A stretch of DNA of 15,984 nt from an uncultured bacterium. Its GTDB lineage: Bacteria > Abyssobacteria > SURF-5. Below the pieces are notes generated by a model that saw nothing but the letters and a program-made list of their open reading frames with translations, had not been told where the DNA came from and did not search any database. The DNA lies in NCBI GenBank assembly GCA_964510165.1, contig CAZEBC010000087.1, positions 1-15,984 of the forward strand, written 5' to 3'. Positions within the stretch are counted from its first letter, which is position 1; each line of letters opens with the position of its first letter. Below are positions 7,198 through 14,220 of this stretch, piece by piece. The position numbers and the translations under genes were made by a program.

Positions 7198-8031
7198 TCA
7201 GTGCCCGAATTCCATGCCGCCGGTGACGGCAATGGCCTGGCCCACCATGTAGTTCGCCTGCTCCGAAACGAGGAACGAAACCACGTTGGCGATGTCATCC
7301 CCCGTCGCCGGCCGGCCGAGCGGAATCCTCTCGATGATGGACTGGCGCGCCTCGTCAACGGTTCCACCTTTGACGAACGACAGAAACTCGTACTCCTCGA
7401 AACCAAGGTCGGTCTCGACCATCGCGGGACAGACACAGTTCACATTAATGTTGAACTGCGCGAACTCGGCGCCGAGCACTTGAGTCATCCCGACGACCGC
7501 GAATTTCGACGCGCAATACGCGCCGTACGATGCGGACCCGCGTAGCCCCGCCGTAGACGCGATGTTGACTATCTTCCCATATTGCCGCTCCAGCATCGCG
7601 GGCAATACCGCCTGACAGCACAGGTACGTGCCCTTCGCATTGACGGCAAAGGTCTTGTCCCATGCGGCCTCGCTTATAGTGAGGAATGGGCCGACACCGA
7701 CGCCCGAGCCTGCGTTGTTGACAAGAATGTCGATGCGGCCGAATTCCTTGAGCGTGCCGTCCACCATCTCCTGGATTTCATCCTTCCTCGTGACATCCAC
7801 CTTGAACGCGAGCGAGCGCCGCCCAACCGATTCGATTTCCCCGACCACCTTCTGGAGTTGCTCCCAGTCGCCAAGATTGTAAAAGGCAAGGTCGCCTTCA
7901 TATCTGCGGCAGATGTCGCTGATTACCACGTGTGCCCCTTCGCGCGCGAGGCGCAGCGCGCAGGCGCGGCCGATGCCGCGAGGGCGGCCGACTCCCGTTA
8001 TGATGGCGACTTTTCCGTTGAGCTCCGGCAT
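7198..8031 (-). CDS. SDR family NAD-dependent oxidoreductase with an extended loop after beta2 (carveol-dehydrogenase/mycofactocin-SDR-like)
   Basis: TGVGRPRGIG, SDICRRYEGDLAFYNLGD insertion, VNNAG, YCASK. RBS AAAGGA upstream of ATG 8031 (MPELNGKVAIIT). Confidence 0.9.
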   Translation of the reverse strand: MPELNGKVAIITGVGRPRGIGRACALRLAREGAHVVISDICRRYEGDLAFYNLGDWEQLQKVVGEIESVGRRSLAFKVDVTRKDEIQEMVDGTLKEFGRIDILVNNAGSGVGVGPFLTISEAAWDKTFAVNAKGTYLCCQAVLPAMLERQYGKIVNIASTAGLRGSASYGAYCASKFAVVGMTQVLGAEFAQFNINVNCVCPAMVETDLGFEEYEFLSFVKGGTVDEARQSIIERIPLGRPATGDDIANVVSFLVSEQANYMVGQAIAVTGGMEFGH

Positions 8032-8104
8032 GACGATTATCCTTTCTTTGTGACATTGAGACGGGAATGGAATCCCCTCTGAGGCAGTCCCGCGTCGATC
8101 ATTT

Positions 8105-8141
8105 GCAGGGGCGCGATTCACCGCGCCCGCGGTTGCCCTAC
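8105..8141. repeat. GTAG-type REP-like palindrome(s)
   Basis: GCAGGGGCGCGATTCACCGCGCCC is nearly identical to the 1617-1594 copy. It overlaps a partial inverse GTAGGGCAACCGC. Confidence 0.6.
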
Positions 8142-8149
8142 CGATTCTG

Positions 8150-9871
8150 TCACTCAGGCGACGGCTCGCCCGAATACACGCGGGCAAACTCGATGAGCCC
8201 CGGCGGCCAGGTGTTCGCCTCTTTGTTGGTGACCACGTGGATGACGGACGGCTCGCCCGAGTCGAGCGCGCGCCCCAGCGCAGGCCTCAAATCATTCACA
8301 TTCTCGACGTATTCGCCGTGACAGTCCATCGCCTGCGCTATCTTATCGTAGCGGATGGGATAATGGGCGACGCCGACCATATGCTCCGGCCCGCCAAACT
8401 CCATGATCTGGCCCGGCGCCTCCATCCCCCACTGATAATCGCAATTGATGATGACGATGATGGGCAACTTCTCGCGCTTGGCGGTTTCCAACTCCATCAG
8501 ATTAAACCCGCTCGCGCTGTCGCCGGTAACCACATACACCGTCTTGTCGGGACAGGCGAGCTTGGCGCCGAGCGCATACGGGATGCCCGTCCCGAGGTGC
8601 CCGAACTTCGAGGTCCATAGCATGCAGTCGGGATTGAAGATGGCGTGGTAATGCGCGGTGTATAGACCGTTGTTGCCCCCGTCAAGCACCATAATCGATT
8701 CGCGCGGGAAAAACTCCCTCACAATTCTCGCCATGCTGCCGGGATGGACAGGCGAATCAACGGAGTCATTGGCCGTCTGCATCAGTTCCTCCACCCACGC
8801 CTTGTCCGTCTGGCGAAGCGATGCGATGGGAGCCACCGGCTTCCGCGCCTGCGTCAGTTGCTTCACCTGAGCGAGGATATCCCCGAGAACCCTGCGGGCG
8901 TCGCCAATTATCGCAAGGTCCACTTCACGGTTAAGGCCTATCATCTCAGGCTCGATGTCCACCTGGATTATCTTCTGGTTCTCCGGCTTGGCCCAGTCGG
9001 GCGACTGCCCCCGGAACTCGGTCTCGCCCAGTTGCGTGCCCACCACTAACACGACGTCGGCTTTCTTGCGAGCTTCGCGCACGGCGGGGCTCAGGCAATG
9101 GAAGCATTGGGGATGGTCTTCGGCGATGACCCCGCGTGCGCCAGCCGATGCGGAAACCACCGCGCCCAGATGCTCGGCGAGTTCTCGCACGACCGCCGCC
9201 GCTTTCGAGTGCTTGACGCCGCCGCCTACGTGCACCAGCGGGTACTGCGCCCGGGCAAGCATCCGCGCGGCCTCCTCCACAAGCTCCGGATTCCCGGCAA
9301 GGCGGTACGTGATCCGATACCTTTCGGGCGGGGCCACACGAATCGTCTGGTCATCCCCAACCGCATAGAGAATATCATCGGGCACGTCCAACTGCGCCGG
9401 TCCGGGCTTGCCCGAAGCGGCCATCCTGAACGCCTTCTGCACCAACTCCGGGATGCGGCTCCAATCGTTCACGACGGCATTCCACTTCGTGACCGGCTTG
9501 AAGAGGTCTATCTGGTTACAGTATTGGAACGAGCCGCCCTTGTCGGGGTAGATGACTGGCCTGCGCCGGTTGCAGGTTATCGCAACAACCGGGCTTCCCT
9601 CCGCGCAGGCGGTGGCAATTCCGGAAACGAGGTTCGCCGTGCCCGGCCCCGCACCCGACATGCAGACGGCGGGCCTGCCGGTCAACCTCGCCATCGCGTC
9701 GGCCATGTGGGCTGCCGCAGCCTCATGACGCGGCGGCACGAGCCTGACGCCGTAATCCTTGAGTTTCCCGAGCAGCGGATTGTATCCCGCGTCGGGAACC
9801 GCGAAGATATGTTTCACCTGTTCCTGCACAAGACACTTGAGGAGTAGTTCACCACCAGTGATCTGCGCCAT
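8150..9871 (-). CDS. Thiamine-diphosphate-dependent enzyme, acetolactate-synthase-like superfamily (2-hydroxyacyl-CoA lyase / benzaldehyde lyase-like rather than biosynthetic AHAS)
   Basis: ITGGELL, RHEAAAAHMAD, GPGTAN, GKPGP, GHLGTGIPYALGAKLA, ThDP motif GDSASGF...INCD. Lacks the AHAS DVGQHQ motif (has DGGNNG). AAGGAGG RBS 8 nt before ATG 9871. Confidence 0.9.
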   Translation of the reverse strand: MAQITGGELLLKCLVQEQVKHIFAVPDAGYNPLLGKLKDYGVRLVPPRHEAAAAHMADAMARLTGRPAVCMSGAGPGTANLVSGIATACAEGSPVVAITCNRRRPVIYPDKGGSFQYCNQIDLFKPVTKWNAVVNDWSRIPELVQKAFRMAASGKPGPAQLDVPDDILYAVGDDQTIRVAPPERYRITYRLAGNPELVEEAARMLARAQYPLVHVGGGVKHSKAAAVVRELAEHLGAVVSASAGARGVIAEDHPQCFHCLSPAVREARKKADVVLVVGTQLGETEFRGQSPDWAKPENQKIIQVDIEPEMIGLNREVDLAIIGDARRVLGDILAQVKQLTQARKPVAPIASLRQTDKAWVEELMQTANDSVDSPVHPGSMARIVREFFPRESIMVLDGGNNGLYTAHYHAIFNPDCMLWTSKFGHLGTGIPYALGAKLACPDKTVYVVTGDSASGFNLMELETAKREKLPIIVIINCDYQWGMEAPGQIMEFGGPEHMVGVAHYPIRYDKIAQAMDCHGEYVENVNDLRPALGRALDSGEPSVIHVVTNKEANTWPPGLIEFARVYSGEPSPE

Positions 9872-9895
9872 GGTCACAGCCTCCTTAGAAACGTC

Positions 9896-11251
9896 CTATA
9901 ACAAACCGTCCTGTTTCATCTCGACCAGTGATGTCTTGAAGGTCTCGATGATCTTGTCAATGTCCTTCTCGGTATGCGCAGCCGAAATGAACACCGTATG
10001 CAGGTCCGGCAAGTACACGCCGTGATAGCGCATGTAATTGCCAAGCGCCGTCCCCTTCGCCCAGCCTTCGGGACTGATGAGGTCGCGCGGGCCTTCCGGC
10101 TTTCCCCAGTAGAAATGCGGGACGAACCACGAGCCGACCCCGAACATCTGGAACCCGAACTCGTGCTCCTCGGCGAACGCGCCGACCTCGCGCTTGATCC
10201 GGGCGGCCTGCCCGTTGATGTACCTGTAAATCTCCGGATGCTCCCGAAGATGCTCGAGCACCGCCGCGCCCACGCCCGTTGAGATCGGGTTTCCGCTGAA
10301 TGTGCCCACGATAGCGCACTTCTCCTGAATGTCCTGGAAGAAGTCGCCGGTCGTGATGAGCGGCCGGAGCGCATCCGCGCTGCCAGCGATGGCGCCGATC
10401 GGGAATCCGCCGCCGATCACCTTGCCGTAAGTGGCCATGTCGGGCACTACTCCGAAATATTCCTGCGCGCCGCCATAGGCAAGCCGGAACCCGCTTATCA
10501 CCTCGTCGAAAATGAGGAGAATGCCGCATTCGCGGGTGACCTCCCGAAGCTGTCGGAGGAAATCGCGCATGTCCACGGGGAACGCGCTTGGGACCGGCTC
10601 GATTATGACGGCGGCCAACTCATCCTTGTGTTTTCGTATCTTGTCGAGGCTCTCCGGACGGTTGTACGAAAGCGTGACGACCTGCTCCACCGCGGCCATC
10701 GGTATGCCGCGAGTGTCAGGCACGCTGAGCGGGTCTTCCACCGTTCCGCCGCCTATCGAGAAGATGCTGCTCACCTGCGCGTAATCGTGCACGCCGTGGT
10801 AGCCTCCCTCGAACTTGGCGATCTTGTCCTTGCCCGTCCGCGCGCGCGCCACCTTCATCGCGTGCATCGTCGCCTCAGTGCCGGAGTTCGCAAACGCGAC
10901 CTTTTCGGCACAAGGGATCGCGGCTGCCATGAGTTCGGCCATGCGCACCTCGTTTTCGTGAGCGATGGCGTAAACCGTGCCGTTCCCGATGAGCCGCTCC
11001 ACCGCCTCGACAACCACGGGATGGCTGTGGCCAAGGATGAGCGGCCCATACGCCATGGTCACGTCCACATACTCGTTGCCGTCAAGGTCAACGATGCGTC
11101 CGCCTTTTGCTTCCTTCACGAAGGCGACCGCCCGTGGAGCGCGGAACGGACCCGTGGCGACCGGCGAAAGGAGCACCTTCTTCGCCCGGTCAAGAACCTG
11201 CTTCGAGGCGGTCAGTTTCTCCATGAACAGTTCGTCAATATCCCGTTTCAT
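9896..11251 (-). CDS. Class III PLP-dependent aminotransferase, glutamate-1-semialdehyde aminomutase-like fold (probably not true HemL)
   Basis: DLDGNEYVD, NSGTEATM, KFEGGYHG, IIEPV, LIFDEVISGFR, TYGKVIGGGFP (PLP lysine), GTFSGNP. Lacks the HemL PGGVNSPVR motif. GGGGG RBS before ATG 11251. Confidence 0.88.
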   Translation of the reverse strand: MKRDIDELFMEKLTASKQVLDRAKKVLLSPVATGPFRAPRAVAFVKEAKGGRIVDLDGNEYVDVTMAYGPLILGHSHPVVVEAVERLIGNGTVYAIAHENEVRMAELMAAAIPCAEKVAFANSGTEATMHAMKVARARTGKDKIAKFEGGYHGVHDYAQVSSIFSIGGGTVEDPLSVPDTRGIPMAAVEQVVTLSYNRPESLDKIRKHKDELAAVIIEPVPSAFPVDMRDFLRQLREVTRECGILLIFDEVISGFRLAYGGAQEYFGVVPDMATYGKVIGGGFPIGAIAGSADALRPLITTGDFFQDIQEKCAIVGTFSGNPISTGVGAAVLEHLREHPEIYRYINGQAARIKREVGAFAEEHEFGFQMFGVGSWFVPHFYWGKPEGPRDLISPEGWAKGTALGNYMRYHGVYLPDLHTVFISAAHTEKDIDKIIETFKTSLVEMKQDGLL

Positions 11252-11276
11252 ATAGCCCCCTTTGTGAGTTTGTACT

Positions 11277-11299
11277 GGCGCAACTTGTCGCGCCCTTAC
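11277..11299 (-). repeat. GTAG-type REP-like palindrome
   Basis: GTAAGGGCGCGACAAGTTGCGCC on the minus strand, similar to both copies at 1568-1617. Confidence 0.6.
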
Positions 11300-11334
11300 A
11301 TATACCACTAATGCTGAATTTCCGGTGTTTTCTT

Positions 11335-11402
11335 CCCTCTTCTTCCGGGAAAGGGTGCCAAACACGAATCCCTCTCCCTCTGGTAGAGGGCAGGGTGAGG
11401 GG
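11335..11402 (-). repeat. CCCTCACCC...CCCTCTCCC-nnn-GGGAGAGGG-type palindromic repeat, one good and one degenerate copy
   Basis: Minus strand CCCCTCACCCTGCCCTCTACCAGAGGGAGAGGG (11402-11370), then CCCTTTCCCGGAAGAAGAGGG (11355-11335). Confidence 0.6.
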
Positions 11403-11481
11403 CCCGACCTGACAGCGTCCCACATTGGAAACCGCGCGAATGACTTCGCTATTCTGCATAACATTACATGGGCAACGGTCG

Positions 11482-12252
11482 CTACATATTCTCCAGCAAC
11501 GGCGCAATCAGCCCCAGACTCAGCCCGGCCGTCATCCCCCCGTCAACGCAGATGGCCTGTCCCGATATGAACGAGCAGTCGTCGGCGCACAAGAAATGAA
11601 ACAGCGCCGCCACCTCTTCAGCCTTGCACAGGCGCCCAAGCGGCATCATCATCGTTGCGAGCTTCAGCTCGGTCTTCCCGCTTTCGGTGTACGCCATGGG
11701 CGTGTCCACCGTGCCCGGACACACACAGTTCACCCGGATTCCGCGCGGCGCCATCTCGATGGCCGCGGTCTTCGTAATGGCAATCACGGCGGCTTTCGCC
11801 GCAACATACGGCGAATACGTCGCCACGCCTTGATACCCTGCGACCGAAGCAGTGTTGACGATGGAACCGCCTTGGGTCATGTGGTCAACCGCATGCTTGA
11901 TCCCGAATATCACGCCCAGGGCGTTCAGCCGGAAACTGGTCTCATAATCCCGTGCCGGCAGCAACGGGATGAAGTTGGCGCCGCTGCCCTCTCCCCCGCC
12001 CGCGTTGTTGATGACGATGTCGAGACGCCCGTAGGCCTCAGCGGCCTTGTCCATCAGCGCCTTGACCTGCTCCTCCTGCCTGACGTCGGTCTTTACGAAC
12101 AGCCCTCCCACCTCCTTCGCGATGGAAGAGGCGTCGTTGATGTCGGCGACGACCACATGGGCGCCCGCGCGCGCAAAACGCTTCACCGTCGCAAGCCCAA
12201 TGCCTGATGCGCCGCCGGTGACAACGGCGGTCTTTCCCTCAAGTGAAAACAT
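11482..12252 (-). CDS. Classical SDR family NAD-dependent oxidoreductase
   Basis: TGGASGIG, acidic VADIN (NAD preference), INNAG, NTAS, YVAAK, VNCVCPG, VDGG. AAGGAG RBS before ATG 12252 (MFSLEGK). Confidence 0.92.
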   Translation of the reverse strand: MFSLEGKTAVVTGGASGIGLATVKRFARAGAHVVVADINDASSIAKEVGGLFVKTDVRQEEQVKALMDKAAEAYGRLDIVINNAGGGEGSGANFIPLLPARDYETSFRLNALGVIFGIKHAVDHMTQGGSIVNTASVAGYQGVATYSPYVAAKAAVIAITKTAAIEMAPRGIRVNCVCPGTVDTPMAYTESGKTELKLATMMMPLGRLCKAEEVAALFHFLCADDCSFISGQAICVDGGMTAGLSLGLIAPLLENM

Positions 12253-12288
12253 CTCTGCGTTCTCCTTTCGATGCTTCACGCTTAGATT

Positions 12289-12312
12289 GTAGACGCCATG
12301 CGGCATGGCATC
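12289..12312 (+). repeat. GTAG-led palindrome (REP-like hairpin)
   Basis: GTA GACGCCATGC G GCATGGCATC: 10-bp arms with one mismatch, between tetR and the SDR. Confidence 0.45.
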
Positions 12313-12328
12313 CCCGATCTAGCGTTGA

Positions 12329-12973
12329 TCACGCAAGCCGCTCTGCGCGCCGCGCGATGTTCTTCGCCCGCGCCCGCTCCTTGTCCTCCACAAACAGGTC
12401 GATGAAACGTTTTGTGAGACGGGTCATTCGAGGGAGCGACACCCGCTCGAGCGCCGTCTCCCATTGGAGCGAAACGCCGTCCTGTATTGCGATTACCATC
12501 GTTGCGAGATCTTCTATCTCGGCGCGTGAGAGCCGGCCGCTCTTTCCGCTCTCCACGAGTAAGTCCACGATGGCCTTGCGGAACCGCGCGTAAAGCATCC
12601 GGAAGCTTTCGCGTATCCGCTCGTTCCTTCTCGCCTCGGCCCAGCAATCGTAGAAGAAACTGGCATACTCGGTGTTCACCATCTGCGGGCCGAACATGAA
12701 CTCCACCGCCTTCTTGAACCGTGTCTCGGGGTCGGAGTGGTCGCCGATTTCCGCAAGGTAGCTGGCGGTCATCTCGTCCACGATCTTCCTGACGAGTTCC
12801 TCGACGATTTCGTCGCGATCCTTGAAATAGTGATGCAGGATGCCGGGCTGCACGCCAGCCTCTTCGGCGATCTTCTTGATGGACGTGTTTTGGAGGCCGT
12901 ACTTGGAGATGCAGCGGTTCAGTGCGCGGATGATCTGCTCGCGCCTCTGTGTTGCAAGACTCTTTCTTCCCAC
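12329..12973 (-). CDS. TetR/AcrR family transcriptional regulator (BetI-like C-terminal domain)
   Basis: N-terminal HTH RREQIIRA...GLQNTSIKKIAEEAGVQPGILHHYFKDRDEI. GGAG RBS before GTG 12973. Confidence 0.92.
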   Translation of the reverse strand: MGRKSLATQRREQIIRALNRCISKYGLQNTSIKKIAEEAGVQPGILHHYFKDRDEIVEELVRKIVDEMTASYLAEIGDHSDPETRFKKAVEFMFGPQMVNTEYASFFYDCWAEARRNERIRESFRMLYARFRKAIVDLLVESGKSGRLSRAEIEDLATMVIAIQDGVSLQWETALERVSLPRMTRLTKRFIDLFVEDKERARAKNIARRAERLA

Positions 12974-12991
12974 AGGCGTTCTCCAGTAATT

Positions 12992-13011
12992 TTGTTTGGT
13001 TGACCATACAA
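12992..13011. promoter_or_regulatory. Putative TetR operator (imperfect 20-bp palindrome TTGTTTGGT-TG-ACCATACAA)
   Basis: Arms pair at 8 of 9 positions. Overlaps the -10 box and predicted start of the tetR promoter. Confidence 0.7.
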
Positions 13012-13036
13012 TATATCACCCGCCCCCATTTGTCAA
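13008..13036 (-). promoter_or_regulatory. Putative sigma70 promoter of the tetR operon
   Basis: TTGACA-N17-TATTGT, about 35 nt upstream of the tetR GTG. Confidence 0.7.
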
Positions 13037-13285
13037 GCGATAAAGAGGATTCGAGGTCGAGCCGCTGGAAGCAGTCTCAACTCTTTCGCATTGTCAACCC
13101 CGCACGCATCCATCAGCGCCAGTCCCGATATCTTGCCATACATCCTCACATGGCGCAAAACCCACAGGACGGAGTCTGCGTTCAGGCAAAAGGGCGTACG
13201 GCATGCTCTTTTCCTGTCCTGGAAGTTACAATGTATCCTTCAGAATAGCAAAGACTTACAACAGACAACGAGATATCTCTGCGAC

Positions 13286-13302
13286 TGGCATACAAAATGC
13301 CA
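13286..13302. promoter_or_regulatory. Putative sigma54 -24/-12 element, palindromic (TGGCAT-ACAAA-ATGCCA)
   Basis: TGG-N10-GC spacing is exact on both strands. Lies about 40 nt upstream of ATG 13344. Confidence 0.45.
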
Positions 13303-13343
13303 TTTTGGATTTGCAAGCATCAAGGAAAAGGCGGTGTTGCATA

Positions 13344-13772
13344 ATGATGTTCTCGAATATCCTGTCCCGGAAACGGGAATCGCATAGAGAGTTGTCGAAC
13401 GGCGGTGCCGCCCTGGCGGAAAAGCCCGGCCGCGAACGGACGGTCCCGTTTGAGATGGGCCTGCATGTGCCGTGTGAGATTGCAGGCGTGACGCGCACGG
13501 GTTCCACGTGGGCGGCAAAAGCCACGACCGTCTCGCTGAATTCCTATGGCGCGCATCTGATGGTTCCGGCGGACTGCTATCTGGAGGGCGAAGTTCTGCT
13601 CGCGTTCAAGGTGCCCGCCCCGCTGAAGCCGTTGTTTGGCGAAAGAAAATTCCGGGTCAGCGCCGAGGTGAAACCTTCGGGCGCGGCCAGCCCGGCCCCC
13701 GGTTCGAGGGGACGCAAGGTGATCTATGTGGCGTTCTTGGAGCCTTTATATTTCAGTTATGAACCCGCATGA
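13344..13772 (+). CDS. Hypothetical protein with degenerate PilZ-like beta-barrel
   Basis: Pattern 'VPCEIAG...W...ATTVSLNSYGAHL....EVLLAF....FRVSAEV....IYVAF' resembles PilZ, but the RxxxR and (D/N)xSxxG c-di-GMP motifs are degenerate. AAGGCGG upstream of ATG 13344/13347. Confidence 0.6.
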   Translation: MMFSNILSRKRESHRELSNGGAALAEKPGRERTVPFEMGLHVPCEIAGVTRTGSTWAAKATTVSLNSYGAHLMVPADCYLEGEVLLAFKVPAPLKPLFGERKFRVSAEVKPSGAASPAPGSRGRKVIYVAFLEPLYFSYEPA

Positions 13773-13809
13773 CACGGGGATGGAAATAAGACTTATCCAC
13801 ACCCCTCTC

Positions 13810-13836
13810 TGTCATCTCTGCGAAAGCGGGATTCCA
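13810..13836 (+). repeat. Degenerate GTCATTCCCGCGAAAGCGGGAATCCA-type (CGTC/dRS3-like) REP
   Basis: TGTCATCTCTGCGAAAGCGGGATTCCA, a single copy in the window. Confidence 0.45.
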
Positions 13837-13930
13837 TTTCGAGCAAAGCGCTGTGCAAACGCGCCGCCTAAAAGTCGCGACACGAATTCAAAAAACGACA
13901 GCAAGTAGTGCAAGAACGAAGGAGGAATTC

Positions 13931-14134
13931 ATGACGTTTCAACATGACGGAAGGGGCGCTGTCGCCCCGAAGTCAGGCCGAACCCTCGCGGTCGCGCTCG
14001 TCGGCGTGGCTGTGGTCGCGGCCTTCGCGGTCCTGCTTTCGGACTGCGCCAGTCAAGACGCGGTCCCCACGGCGAGAGACATCCATTCGATGACTCCCAA
14101 AAACCCTTGTCTCAACACGCATGCTCGGTTATAA
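13931..14134 (+). CDS. Small exported/membrane protein or truncated lipoprotein remnant (67 aa)
   Basis: Strong RBS AAGGAGG before ATG 13931. Basic n-region, hydrophobic h-region and near-lipobox LLSDC. The C-terminal part runs into the downstream promoter. Confidence 0.45.
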   Translation: MTFQHDGRGAVAPKSGRTLAVALVGVAVVAAFAVLLSDCASQDAVPTARDIHSMTPKNPCLNTHARL

Positions 14135-14135
14135 T
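14107..14135 (+). promoter_or_regulatory. Putative sigma70 promoter of the second ThDP-enzyme gene
   Basis: TTGTCT-N17-TATAAT, 85 nt upstream of ATG 14221. Confidence 0.7.
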
Positions 14136-14220
14136 ATGGCATCGCACAGCGCGGCAGAACTGTAACCCAAATGGCCAACCGCGCGATTCATCCGAGACAA
14201 CGAACCGAAAGGAACAAGAC

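Noticed and set aside
8032-8187. N-terminal extension of the SDR to 329 aa, and the similar extensions at 12253-12306, 13203-13343 and 14107-14220
   Set aside because: These run through REPs or promoters. Good RBSs and family N-termini support the shorter starts.
8150-11251. Taurine pathway (Tpa aminotransferase plus Xsc sulfoacetaldehyde acetyltransferase)
   Set aside because: The ThDP enzyme does not resemble Xsc as I recall it, the aminotransferase is HemL-like rather than Tpa-like, and no pta or sulfite-export genes are present.
9896-11464. Calling the aminotransferase hemL, or using the 522-aa upstream start
   Set aside because: It lacks the HemL N-terminal signature and heme-pathway context. 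The extension is translated repeat DNA (PSPCPLPEGEG), and the RBS supports ATG 11251.
13092-13097. Second TTGACA on the minus strand upstream of tetR
   Set aside because: No credible -10 hexamer at 16-18 nt spacing.
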